Assembly (NCBI GenBank): GCA_963675745.2
Contig: CAXXWX010000015.1
Coordinates: 160,001-224,000 of the forward strand
Direction of reading: 5' to 3'
DNA length: 64,000 bases
Source: Phycisphaerae bacterium
GTDB taxonomy: Bacteria > Planctomycetota > Phycisphaerae > UBA1845 > Fen-1342
The notes under the pieces are model-generated. The model saw nothing but the letters and a program-made list of their open reading frames with translations. It had not been told where the DNA came from and made no database searches. The position numbers and the translations under genes were made by a program. Shown in pieces: positions 49,401 through 57,926 of the stretch (position 1 is its first letter; every line of letters begins with the position of its first letter).

Positions 49401-51317
49401 CGGCTGGTTGTCGGTCACCAGCCCGGCAATCGAATCGGTGTTGAAGTCGGGCGTGAGCGCGACGACGGGGTCCATTTCCTCGGCCAGCGCGGGGGCCGCG
49501 TTGTCGATGAAGACGGCGAGCTCGTAGGTCTCGCCCGGGCCGACTTGCGAAGCGGTGCTCTGCGGCTTGACCTCGATGTAGTAACGGCCGCTGGTGCGCG
49601 CGATGAAGAAACAGGCTTGCGCGGGGTAGTCCGGCGGATCTTCGCTCGTGTTCGAGTCACTCACGTCGCTGATCAGGACGTCGCCGTCCGGATCGTAGAT
49701 CACCAGCTTGCCGTGAAACGCGTTCGGGTCGTCGTTGGCCGCGTCAAACCCGGTCGAGTCGCGCTCCGGGTCACCATCGAAGGCGATGAACACGCGGTCA
49801 CCGACCACGGCATCAAACGCGTAGAAATCGCTGTCATCGCTGCGGTCGATCACGCCGGCGTAGTAGTGCTTGCCGGTGTAATCAGCGCTGTCCATGTCAT
49901 CGTTCAGCTCGCAGCCGACGAGCGGATTTCGCGTCGCGGGGATCACACCGTTGTGGAAGCGATAGCGGTGAACGGTCTTCGTGTCGTCCACGTCATTGTC
50001 TTCCACGACGAAGTAGTGCGTGCCGGCACCTATCATCTTCGCGCCGGCGATTACCGAGCTGGACGTGCTGTAAACGTAGTGCAGGTCGTTGATGGGCGAG
50101 CTGATCCCGTCGCCGTCGTCGTCGTCAAACTCGATCACGGTCGAGCCGTCGGTGCCGAGGAACGACAGCCACGTATCCAGGGTGCTGTTGCTCGAGCCGC
50201 CGAGGTTGACCCAGGCATACACGCGGTCGCCGTCCAGGCCGGTCACCGCCCAGTAATCGGCGTCGGCCGGACCGACGAGTTGGCCGCCGTCGCGCGGATC
50301 GCCGACCGGCGTGGCGTTCACGGCCGAGCCGTTCGGCTCGATCTCGCTGAGCTCGTACTCGATCGCATCATCGATGATGAGCGCGTACGGCCCGGTGGTG
50401 TATGTGGTGCTGCCGTTGTCGACGTAGATGTAGTAGTCCGCTCCCGCCAAGAGGGTCACGACAACGAGTTCGTGCTTGGCGCCGCTGGTGCCGGCGGTGC
50501 TGTGGTTTGATGCACCAAGACACCCATCCGGAAAGACCGGTGGACAGGAGTCGTTGACGTACAGCACGCCGTCAAAGCCGCTGCTGATCAGCTCCAGCGC
50601 GTAGTCACCGCTGGCGGGGGCCGTGAACTTGTACACATGGTCGTTGCCCGGCGCGGTGGTCGGCGTCGTGCCCGACACGCCACAGCGCCCGGTGCCCTGC
50701 ACAAACGAATAGTCGTGCACGGCATTATCGATGTTGTTGAGCCGCAAGACCGGGAGTGGGCCGCTGAGTGTCTCGGCCGCGGCACAGTCGTCCGGGTTTG
50801 TGAGGTTCAGCTCATCGACGATCAACGTGAAGACAAAGTTGTCGTACGTCGCGTCGTCGTGGTCGATGCCGATGAGGTAGGTCTCATTCATCGTCAGGGC
50901 AACGTCGAGATTGACCGGCCGCGCGCTGCCCGGCGCCCGCACGCCATCCACCTCCGTCATGGTCGAATCCAGCACGTAAATCACGAAGCGGCGGTCAGAC
51001 GACCGTAGCGGCGCGTGGTGCCAGGGCGCAAGCTGGATGCGATACGTGGCTGTCACCGTCGGCGTGAAGCTGTAAAAGACATCCGGGCCATCGACGTACG
51101 GGTCGATCGCCGGCAACCCGGGGAGGGTGGTTATGCTGTCATCGGCCAATACGGTAGTACCGTAGATGATGGTTGGTAATGGGCCGCTAATCACAGCGGC
51201 GTTGTTTGGATCGTCGTTGGCCGGGCTCGGTGGCAATGCCCAAGCGGCGGCGGTCAGCCCGCCGATCGTGAGCACACTGACGAGCACCCGCAGTCTGGTC
51301 CCCAGAACGTCCTTCAT
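46497..51317 (-). CDS. Large secreted protein with PPC-like and three proprotein-convertase P-like domains and dockerin-like C-terminus
   Basis: Signal peptide; EIEPNGS/ELNDD-type PPC-like units; three (I/V)xxVxxxxx(I/F)...DDxA...G.(W/Y) P-domain-like units; [17 protein letters not shown]. Confidence 0.85.
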   Translation of the reverse strand: MKDVLGTRLRVLVSVLTIGGLTAAAWALPPSPANDDPNNAAVISGPLPTIIYGTTVLADDSITTLPGLPAIDPYVDGPDVFYSFTPTVTATYRIQLAPWHHAPLRSSDRRFVIYVLDSTMTEVDGVRAPGSARPVNLDVALTMNETYLIGIDHDDATYDNFVFTLIVDELNLTNPDDCAAAETLSGPLPVLRLNNIDNAVHDYSFVQGTGRCGVSGTTPTTAPGNDHVYKFTAPASGDYALELISSGFDGVLYVNDSCPPVFPDGCLGASNHSTAGTSGAKHELVVVTLLAGADYYIYVDNGSTTYTTGPYALIIDDAIEYELSEIEPNGSAVNATPVGDPRDGGQLVGPADADYWAVTGLDGDRVYAWVNLGGSSNSTLDTWLSFLGTDGSTVIEFDDDDGDGISSPINDLHYVYSTSSSVIAGAKMIGAGTHYFVVEDNDVDDTKTVHRYRFHNGVIPATRNPLVGCELNDDMDSADYTGKHYYAGVIDRSDDSDFYAFDAVVGDRVFIAFDGDPERDSTGFDAANDDPNAFHGKLVIYDPDGDVLISDVSDSNTSEDPPDYPAQACFFIARTSGRYYIEVKPQSTASQVGPGETYELAVFIDNAAPALAEEMDPVVALTPDFNTDSIAGLVTDNQPGDTGVCTVELYAETNLMLVNLTGLGTGTATFDIVLTDPNQGGSGKIRVIDCTGNAACDLVMIDIDPPVCAGSAVAGRSVRTLDGPYFIPDNDAVTGIDVPLVIGDAGTITDVNLTATFETTSCADLDIRLTSPDLTEVEIQTDRGSSLAFNITDATWDDDADELMPLLSGDEPYTGTWLPEGTLADFNGGPANGTWILNVRDDYNTQNGGSRLVYAKLDVVATFAGPQTFAGLATDSGGFDAGIQSIVLTGAVNAQLNLPPGFTPGDTVVEYTVTLIDSTLNGSGTVTVTDMQDNTCQSIVNLTGFADGTGPANTGGVTTDLRFEQEIQADLPYGNPAGASSTITVAEPFLVGEVEAEITIDTLDVGRLAATINKSGEFASLINRVGMDDRASAGLTKNTLWITLDDDAPVADDAHEEPALGTIPFLGVHQPDGRGEFIGDGITTDKRDNMMFALANQSAAGPWKVNAADHRMIGTSRTELRRWALTLKSPCGPERYVGVAQELAPESGVQSIAPAAGATNLTVVASFTPGDEVVEYRVELTDPNFAGAGDIEIYDVAGNVTIVPVALAAISADRSPPIITGSYDPATAKFIGTATDNGPGDSGIVAVEVAPYGENIELVMVTPDPPAGAGSVDFIVGVALGINGRGYIRVTDACGWRSYILVEMDAEAPVCTGSINHSKRYISSDLPQPIPDNNVVGVSSSIVVADTDVIEDVNLTFNITHAYDDDIDLTLIAPRVINLLSDIGSTGNNFIDTTLDDEAAAPIPDSSSEAPFTGTYQPEDGPALFALDGLSADATYVLRVADDKDNDTGTFDSWSLTIESSTFPERYDGRVEEPIFRDTGVCAVELLPGASNLVLTVDPFTNGDTIVRYSVELTPGGAVGEGSVRVLDCVGNECVTPILLYRYEVGDLNCDGFVNNGDIDPFVTAITDPDGYVVQYPDCDLRLADMNGDSYVNNGDIDDFVSAISS

Positions 51318-51740
51318 CGGGAGATCCTCCGTTCCTTATGGAAAACGCGTTTGACGAACAGGGTCGCGAAGTAGATAGATCGATGGCCCAAGTCCCTGTA
51401 TGCGGCCTCGGGCCAATCCGCACCTAGATTGGCTTGACGCCGTACGAACTTGCTGGCCCGGACCGAGCGCTTGGCATGCTGCCCGCGTGATCAGCGCTGA
51501 CTATCGGCACAGCACGTCATGCGGGCCACTTCGCACGGCGAGTCACCATGAAGCCTGACCCAACTCCTCCGCTGACACCGGCACGGCATGCTACCCGCGT
51601 TCATTGTAGCGTTTCATTCAAGGGGAAGGACAACAAAATCCCCGCCCGTAACCGGTTGCGGACACCCAGGTGAGCAAATCGCCCCTGGGTCAGAACGCCC
51701 CCCAGGCGGCTCAGCAGCGCGCCGCGCTGCGTAGGCACGT

Positions 51741-52652
51741 TTATGGCAGCTTCTCCAGCACCGCCACACGCTCCTCTCCGGGAGGGTGCGTGCGGTAGTG
51801 GTCACGCAGCTCCTTGCCAATCCGGCCGAGCGTGCCGTCAGGTTCGGCATGCTGCGGCGACGGGATCAGTTCTGTCATGCGGCGTAAGAACGCCAGACGC
51901 TCCTGCTTGGACCGGCCGATTTTCCGCATGGTGTCATAGGACCACAGATCGGCTTCAAACTCGTGTTTCTCACAGTAGCCGACGGCGATGTTCCGGTAGA
52001 GGAACATAACGACTCCAGCGCCCAGGTCACCGCCGACCTCTCCCGCGGCGCCCGCATACCCAGCGCCGCGCAGCACGTGCTTGTGCTCGATGTGGCCAAT
52101 CTCGTGACCGAGGACAAACTGGAGTTCGGCGTCGCTGCGTGTTGCGTCGATCAACCCGCGATTGACGTATACATAGCCCCCCAGATGCGCAAACGCGTTA
52201 ATCTCGTCTGAGTCGATGATGTAAAACGAGTAAGTCAGCTCCGGACGCCGGGAATGGACGAGCAAGGGCGTCGCCAGTCGTTTCATGCGAGCGAGCTGCT
52301 GCGGATTGTTCAGGAGCGTGTGCTCGCGTCGCACGGTCTGATGCACCTGCCGGCCATACTCGATCTCCTGCTCGATCGTGAGCGGCAGGATCTCACCGCC
52401 GATCTCGTCGGCGGCGCGCGTGATCTCGTGGAAGACCTCGGCCGCGGTTGAGACCGCCGCGGGGCCGTCTTCCGGCAGACGTTTTCGCACAGCCTGCTCC
52501 CATTCGTCGAGTTGCTCCTTGGTAAGGTCGATGGCGGCCTCACCGCTACCCTTGACGGTGTCGTAGCTGTTGCGCCGGCAACCACGCGTCATGAAAGCCG
52601 CAAGGACCGTGATCGACAGCAGGATGAGCAGGAGCCGGGTGGTTGCGTGCAT
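51741..52652 (-). CDS. M48 family zinc metallopeptidase, membrane-anchored
   Basis: INAFAHLGGYVYVNRGL, VLGHEIGH, EFEAD, THPPGEER. Confidence 0.9.
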   Translation of the reverse strand: MHATTRLLLILLSITVLAAFMTRGCRRNSYDTVKGSGEAAIDLTKEQLDEWEQAVRKRLPEDGPAAVSTAAEVFHEITRAADEIGGEILPLTIEQEIEYGRQVHQTVRREHTLLNNPQQLARMKRLATPLLVHSRRPELTYSFYIIDSDEINAFAHLGGYVYVNRGLIDATRSDAELQFVLGHEIGHIEHKHVLRGAGYAGAAGEVGGDLGAGVVMFLYRNIAVGYCEKHEFEADLWSYDTMRKIGRSKQERLAFLRRMTELIPSPQHAEPDGTLGRIGKELRDHYRTHPPGEERVAVLEKLP

Positions 52653-52670
52653 GTCTACGCCCTTTCCGTA

Positions 52671-55076
52671 TCAAGGCTCGCGCGGGCCGGCCCCCGGCCG
52701 CGGCGCGCCAGCCGTCCAGTTCTCGTTAATCCGGCGGGCAACCGTCCGACAGGCCCGTTCCACCAGGGAATCAAATGGCTCGACGGTTCCCTGTGCGTCA
52801 CTCTTGACCGCGACCGTCGGCGTGTCGGGCGTCTTGACGATCGGCCCGAATTCAAAATCCGTTACCGTGTCCAGCACGCTGAGCTCGAGCGCATAGTGCC
52901 AGTTGAACCAGCCCGCCGGATAATCGCCGCGCTGCATCCCCGTGCAGGCGGCGGTGGCGTGACCGCAGATCAGGATGTCGCAGGCGTTTTCGCGCGCCGT
53001 GCGAACGAGGGTGGCGCGATCGGCCGTGGCGGGCACGTCCACACTCACGATCCGCGCGGCCTGGTCCTGCAATTCACGAGCCAGCCAGCGCTCCACCGTT
53101 CCGCGCTCGGGTGAGGCATCCGCGGAAAGCGTCTGCGCTACGACCACCATGATGGCGGGCTCCCCTGCCAGCAGCGGCGGCCGCCAGAGGTCTTGCGCGG
53201 TGACCGTATACTCGCGCTCGATCACGCTGTCAGGTGTGTGCGACCGCAGGGTGACGTATACGGTGCGACCGTCGGTTGGCAGGTCGCCGACTTCGCAGTA
53301 CTCCCCGCGCACCGTCGTGCTGCAAAGGTCATCGAGGCGCGGCGAGGTTCCAAGCAGCAGGTCACGGCGCTCCACCGCGGTTCCATTGCTGACTGCAAAA
53401 CGCACGCTCGGCCCGTTGAGCTGGGCGCCGTCGCGCGGACTGGTGATCTCGGCGGCCACTGGCTCGGGGGGGGTGTCCGTGTCATCGACTACGCTCGCGG
53501 AGGCAGGCTCGGAAACCGCGTCTCCGGCGCGCACAGACGCCGCCGTTGGCGCCGACAGACCGGCCCGCGTGCTCCAGGCCAAAACCGCCAGCAGAAACAC
53601 AACCGGCACGAGGGCCACGGCCCAACGGGTGGATCTCCGTCTGCGGCCGGCCGGTCGGGGCGGTTTATCAGCGGACTTGGTCGGCGGCACGACGGTACCA
53701 CCATCGCGGTCCTCGTGCAGCCAGCGCGTTAGATCGTCAATCAGCGCGGCACAGTCGGCGTAGCGCGCAGCGCGGTCTTTGGACAAGCACTTCTGGCAGA
53801 TGGCCGCCATGCGCGCCGGCACCGACGGCACACACTCGCGCGGCGGCTTGGGCTGCACGCAGACGACCTGGTGGATGGCCTGTTCGAGCGTATCGCCATC
53901 AAAGGCCGGCGTGTACGTCAACATCTCGTACAGCGTGGCGCCGAGCGAGAAGATGTCGCTGCGGGCATCGATCGGTTCGCCGCGCATCTGCTCCGGACTG
54001 CCATAGCGCGGCGAGCCGAGCAGATCACCGGGCTGGGTCATGCCGGTGTCCTGGTTGAGCTGCTTGGCCAACCCGAAATCCGCGACCACAATGCGGCCAC
54101 GATCGGTGAGCATTACATTCGCCGGCTTGATATCGCGATGGACGACGTCGCGCTGGTGTGCATAGCGCAGGGCCTCGGCAATCTCGATGGTCCAGCGCGC
54201 CACCTGACGGTGGTAACGGTCGTGAAACCACGCCGGTTGTCGCGCGCGCAGGGTCTTGGCGTCGAGTGTGTGGGCGCGCAGCTCCGCGCAGCGTTTCGCC
54301 ACGTCCGTCAGCGTCGGCCCATCGACAAGCTGCATTACGATGTATGCCAGATCGTCGCGCTGTCGGTAGCGGTGGATGCGGACGATGCCCGGATAGTCAA
54401 GTCTCGCCGCCCGTTGCGCTTCCAGTTGGAAGCGGCGTCGGAAGCCTTCCTCCAGGAACAGGCTCGAGCGCAAGACCTTCACGGCAACCGGGCGATCCAG
54501 CGAGCGCTCGTAGGCACGGTAGACCGTCGCCTGTCCGCCGCGCCCGATCAAACCCAGAATCTGGAGATCTTCGTCCAGCACCGGGTGCGGGGATTCAAGC
54601 TCCGGCGGTGACTGGGATGGCGACGAAGGTTCACCGCCCGGTTCGAGGAAATCGGGGCTGTCTTCTTCATCTTTCAGATACAGTTCAACCGCCTCGCGCA
54701 GCTCAGGGTCCGCCCCGCAGGCCTCGGTGAGATACGCGGCACGACGCTCCGCCGGCAGCTCCCGCACGCTGAGATAGAGCGCTCTGATGCGCTGGTGGCG
54801 GCCGCGTCCGCCTGTTGTCTTATCATCCGGCGGCGGCGTGGCCGGGCCGCCGACAAACGTCTGCTGGCTTGGACCGTGGAGGATATCGGCGAGCGTCGGC
54901 CCGTCCGCGCCGCGCCGCGTCTCGTACTCCTGCCGGCACCGCGCGCAACCGCGCAGATGAACGCGCAACCGTGCGCGCCGCTCACGAGGCAAGCCGGCGC
55001 CAAACAGGGCTTCGTAATCAGAATCAGTCAGGCACTCGCTCATCGTCTCTCTCTCGCTGACGTCATGCGTGCTCAT
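52671..55076 (-). CDS. Transmembrane Ser/Thr kinase with ZAS motif and extracytoplasmic alpha/beta domain
   Basis: HLRGCARC; GRGGQATVY, VAVK, HRDIKPAN, DFGLAK; TM WAVALVPVVFLLAVLAW. Confidence 0.92.
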   Translation of the reverse strand: MSTHDVSERETMSECLTDSDYEALFGAGLPRERRARLRVHLRGCARCRQEYETRRGADGPTLADILHGPSQQTFVGGPATPPPDDKTTGGRGRHQRIRALYLSVRELPAERRAAYLTEACGADPELREAVELYLKDEEDSPDFLEPGGEPSSPSQSPPELESPHPVLDEDLQILGLIGRGGQATVYRAYERSLDRPVAVKVLRSSLFLEEGFRRRFQLEAQRAARLDYPGIVRIHRYRQRDDLAYIVMQLVDGPTLTDVAKRCAELRAHTLDAKTLRARQPAWFHDRYHRQVARWTIEIAEALRYAHQRDVVHRDIKPANVMLTDRGRIVVADFGLAKQLNQDTGMTQPGDLLGSPRYGSPEQMRGEPIDARSDIFSLGATLYEMLTYTPAFDGDTLEQAIHQVVCVQPKPPRECVPSVPARMAAICQKCLSKDRAARYADCAALIDDLTRWLHEDRDGGTVVPPTKSADKPPRPAGRRRRSTRWAVALVPVVFLLAVLAWSTRAGLSAPTAASVRAGDAVSEPASASVVDDTDTPPEPVAAEITSPRDGAQLNGPSVRFAVSNGTAVERRDLLLGTSPRLDDLCSTTVRGEYCEVGDLPTDGRTVYVTLRSHTPDSVIEREYTVTAQDLWRPPLLAGEPAIMVVVAQTLSADASPERGTVERWLARELQDQAARIVSVDVPATADRATLVRTARENACDILICGHATAACTGMQRGDYPAGWFNWHYALELSVLDTVTDFEFGPIVKTPDTPTVAVKSDAQGTVEPFDSLVERACRTVARRINENWTAGAPRPGAGPREP

Positions 55077-55088
55077 CTTGTCACCTGT

Positions 55089-56345
55089 TTAGTCCGATCG
55101 TCGCAGCCGGGTCTCGATCCGATCGCCGCGCGCGTCGAGCATTACGAGTTGGTAATTGCCGAAACGCATGCGGGTGAGCAGATCTTGCAGTTGCTGTCGC
55201 GTGAGGCGCGTTCGCACGGCGAGCGTCACGACCTCCCCGATGCTCTCGTGTTCCTGCACGTGCAACACGTGCTCCCGCGCCGCAATAGCTTCGCGCATAC
55301 TCAGTGTTCTTTCCGGGCTGGTGTTCTGGATGGTGACGAAGACGGTCTGGCCGAACTGCCCAAGCTGGGCATAGGCCAACACCAGCTCCTCGACGCACCG
55401 CAGGCCTAATGCGCGACCGCTGTGCTGGAGGGCACGAACCGCGCCTTCATCGCCCGAATATTCCGAGGCCCAGGCTTCGCTGACCGGCGGCAACCCGCGC
55501 AGCAGCTCACCAGTCGCTGACGAGTGAATCACGGCCTGTGTCGAGGTCTTGTAGTCGGTCAGCCGGCGGGCCGGATTCGGATCGCCGGGCCGACCGGGGA
55601 TTTCGTGGACCTGTGCGCTGCCGACGACGTAAAACGGCGCGCCCAGATCGGCCTGCGCGTGGCGCAGCGCCGCGGCGTTGGCCTCGCCGTCGGCACGCGC
55701 GATCCCCATGGCCTTCAATTGCTCCCAGCGGCTGCGGACACGCACATCGAGGTTGAACTCCTTGAGTGCGCGCTCCAGTTCCGCGGCGACGTGCCCGCCG
55801 GCTTCCGAGCCCGGTTCGTCAAACCAGACCATCAGCCGCGGCGGGACTTCCGCGCTGAGCACCCGGCTGAGCGCGTCACAAAGCTCGCGCAGGCGCATCT
55901 CGTCAAGCTCGGCGGTGATCCTGACCGTGTACTCCTCGTGGGCGAAGCGGGGGCGGCGTCGGTCGGTGATCCGCACGTCGAACACACACTCACGCGCGAG
56001 CAGCCGGCGCGCCGCCGGGTAAATCCAGCCCGAGCGCAGCGGTTCCAGTGCCGGCCCGGCGTAACGCTGAAGGAAATTCTCGCGCGCGTTTTGCAGAGCC
56101 TCCTCCAGCCGATCGCCACGGGCGCGCCCCGAAACCACGCGCCCCGGGCCGGGCGCCGAGAGCGTCGCCGCCGGCACCGGCGCGGTGCTTGCTTCCGGCG
56201 GCGGCGGGCTGGCGTAGCTCGGTGGTCGCCGCCGAACCGGCTGCGGTGATCGGTATCGCGCCAGGGGATCCTCATCGCGGGCCGTGCAGTTGGTTGTCCC
56301 AACAAGCATGATGGCCAAAAGCACCGTTGCGAACGCGCGATGCAT
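55089..56345 (-). CDS. Exported protein/lipoprotein with FlgT/CsgG-like alpha/beta domain
   Basis: Signal peptide with Cys; ALQNAREN, YTVRITAELD, PRLMVWFDE...GAPFYVVGSA. Confidence 0.65.
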   Translation of the reverse strand: MHRAFATVLLAIMLVGTTNCTARDEDPLARYRSPQPVRRRPPSYASPPPPEASTAPVPAATLSAPGPGRVVSGRARGDRLEEALQNARENFLQRYAGPALEPLRSGWIYPAARRLLARECVFDVRITDRRRPRFAHEEYTVRITAELDEMRLRELCDALSRVLSAEVPPRLMVWFDEPGSEAGGHVAAELERALKEFNLDVRVRSRWEQLKAMGIARADGEANAAALRHAQADLGAPFYVVGSAQVHEIPGRPGDPNPARRLTDYKTSTQAVIHSSATGELLRGLPPVSEAWASEYSGDEGAVRALQHSGRALGLRCVEELVLAYAQLGQFGQTVFVTIQNTSPERTLSMREAIAAREHVLHVQEHESIGEVVTLAVRTRLTRQQLQDLLTRMRFGNYQLVMLDARGDRIETRLRRSD

Positions 56346-56347
56346 GG

Positions 56348-57529
56348 CTAGTGACCTCCTTCGGCAACGCTGCCGACAAGCACAGGTTCGCCGCGACCGG
56401 ACGGCTGCGCGCCGTGACGCGCCTGCTGGGGCATCTGAACCGGAGTGATAACGGAGCCGTTGCTATCGAGCGCATCCGACACGCGTTCGATGGCCCGGCG
56501 GGAGAGGCGGATGTAGCCGTCGTCGTCCTCGCGCTCGTCGTCGTCGCGTTCCTTGACGACGAGAGCCTGACGGTAGTGTGTCAGCGCACCTAACAGGTTG
56601 CCGCTTTTTTCGGCAATCAGCCCGAGACCGAAGTGGGCCTGGTAATCGTCGGCGCTACGGCCGACCAGCGCCAGCTCAAACGCGCTTCTCGCCGCTTCGT
56701 ACTCGCCGCGCTCGATCAGCTCGACGCCCGCGCGGCAGTGTTTGTTGCGCGATGATTCGAGCGGGATGCTCACGGTGCGGGCACCACCGAGCAGGCCGCG
56801 CACGAATTCATCCGCCGCTTCCTCCAGCACGGGGGCCACGAGCCGATCAACGGGGGGCATCTCGCTGAAGTCACGATGGCGCGCCAGGAAACCGACGAAG
56901 TTCGGCTTTAGCTCCTCGCGCTTCGGTTCAGCGCGAATGGTCCGCTGACACAAGACACTCCCGTTGAAAAGCTCAATGCGGACCCGCCCGCTGGGACAAA
57001 TCTGGCGTCCGACAGCGCGGAACACTTGCCGCCGGTTTTCGCCAACCGCCCGCTCGACGCCCCATTGCGACTCTGTAACCTCGACGGTGCAATCGATCAC
57101 GACAAGAGCATCCGCCCCTATCAGCTTGCCGTATTCGGCGGCGGCCCCGGGACGAACCAGGTCAGATCGCTGCAATTTGTGTTCGTCGAGCACGCGTTGC
57201 ATTTCGGGGCCGCGCAAGACCGTCTGCACATGCAAACCATCCTGCATGTCACGCCGACCCAGCAATGTGCCGATCCGGTTGGCAACCATCGGCGCGTAGT
57301 TCTCCACGTAAGTCCGCGACCCGCTGACCGGGCTGTCCGCCTTGAATGGCGGCCGCGCCGGCTGCGACGCGTCATAGACCACCGCGATGGTTTGGATTTC
57401 AGCGGGCAACTCCACGCGCGGCCGCTGGTGGGAAATCGCGACCAGCGCCTTCTTATGACAGCCCGCGCCACCGGGAAACAGGAACACAATCACAAACACC
57501 AACGCCAGTCCCGTACATCTGCGGTTCAT
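56348..57529 (-). CDS. CsgG-like lipoprotein with C-terminal TPRs
   Basis: RBS GGAGG; lipobox GAGC; RGPEMQRVLDEHKLQRSDLV...YGKLIGADALV; TPR AHFGLGLIAEKSG. Confidence 0.78.
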   Translation of the reverse strand: MNRRCTGLALVFVIVFLFPGGAGCHKKALVAISHQRPRVELPAEIQTIAVVYDASQPARPPFKADSPVSGSRTYVENYAPMVANRIGTLLGRRDMQDGLHVQTVLRGPEMQRVLDEHKLQRSDLVRPGAAAEYGKLIGADALVVIDCTVEVTESQWGVERAVGENRRQVFRAVGRQICPSGRVRIELFNGSVLCQRTIRAEPKREELKPNFVGFLARHRDFSEMPPVDRLVAPVLEEAADEFVRGLLGGARTVSIPLESSRNKHCRAGVELIERGEYEAARSAFELALVGRSADDYQAHFGLGLIAEKSGNLLGALTHYRQALVVKERDDDEREDDDGYIRLSRRAIERVSDALDSNGSVITPVQMPQQARHGAQPSGRGEPVLVGSVAEGGH

Positions 57530-57615
57530 CGGTTGACCTCCCATTAGTTGTGTCTTGGCGACGCGAATACCCACTGGCACCATGCCTGACAGCCACCGCG
57601 CCACGTGTCCGCTCT

Positions 57616-57655
57616 ATGAGGCGAAATCGGGGAACGGCGGGCGCGAAAAATCGTC
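57616..57655 (-). promoter_or_regulatory. Candidate promoter motif (copy B)
   Basis: Minus strand GACGATTTTTCGCG-N18-CGCCTCAT. Confidence 0.5.
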
Positions 57656-57926
57656 GCCGTAGTGCGGGAGGAGTTCGCACGCTGTCCTGCCGCAACTGTC
57701 ATGTGCCACGGAATCGAGGGAGTGGAGTGCCAGTGTCGTTGCCAGCTCGGCTGTTTGGCGCGTATGGCTGCGTAGCGGCCTGCGCCTCGCAGGCCGTCGA
57801 TGTATGACGAGTGTCCTCAACCTCCACAGACCTTCGTCCATAAACGGCGTTTCCAAGATCGGGCGGCCGGCGAGGCGCCGGCCGTTACACGTTACGCCGA
57901 AGCATGGCGCGAAACACGGAACGCCC

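Noticed and set aside
31233..51317. Integrative element at tRNA-Val
   Set aside because: No integrase and no duplicated tRNA 3' end seen in the window
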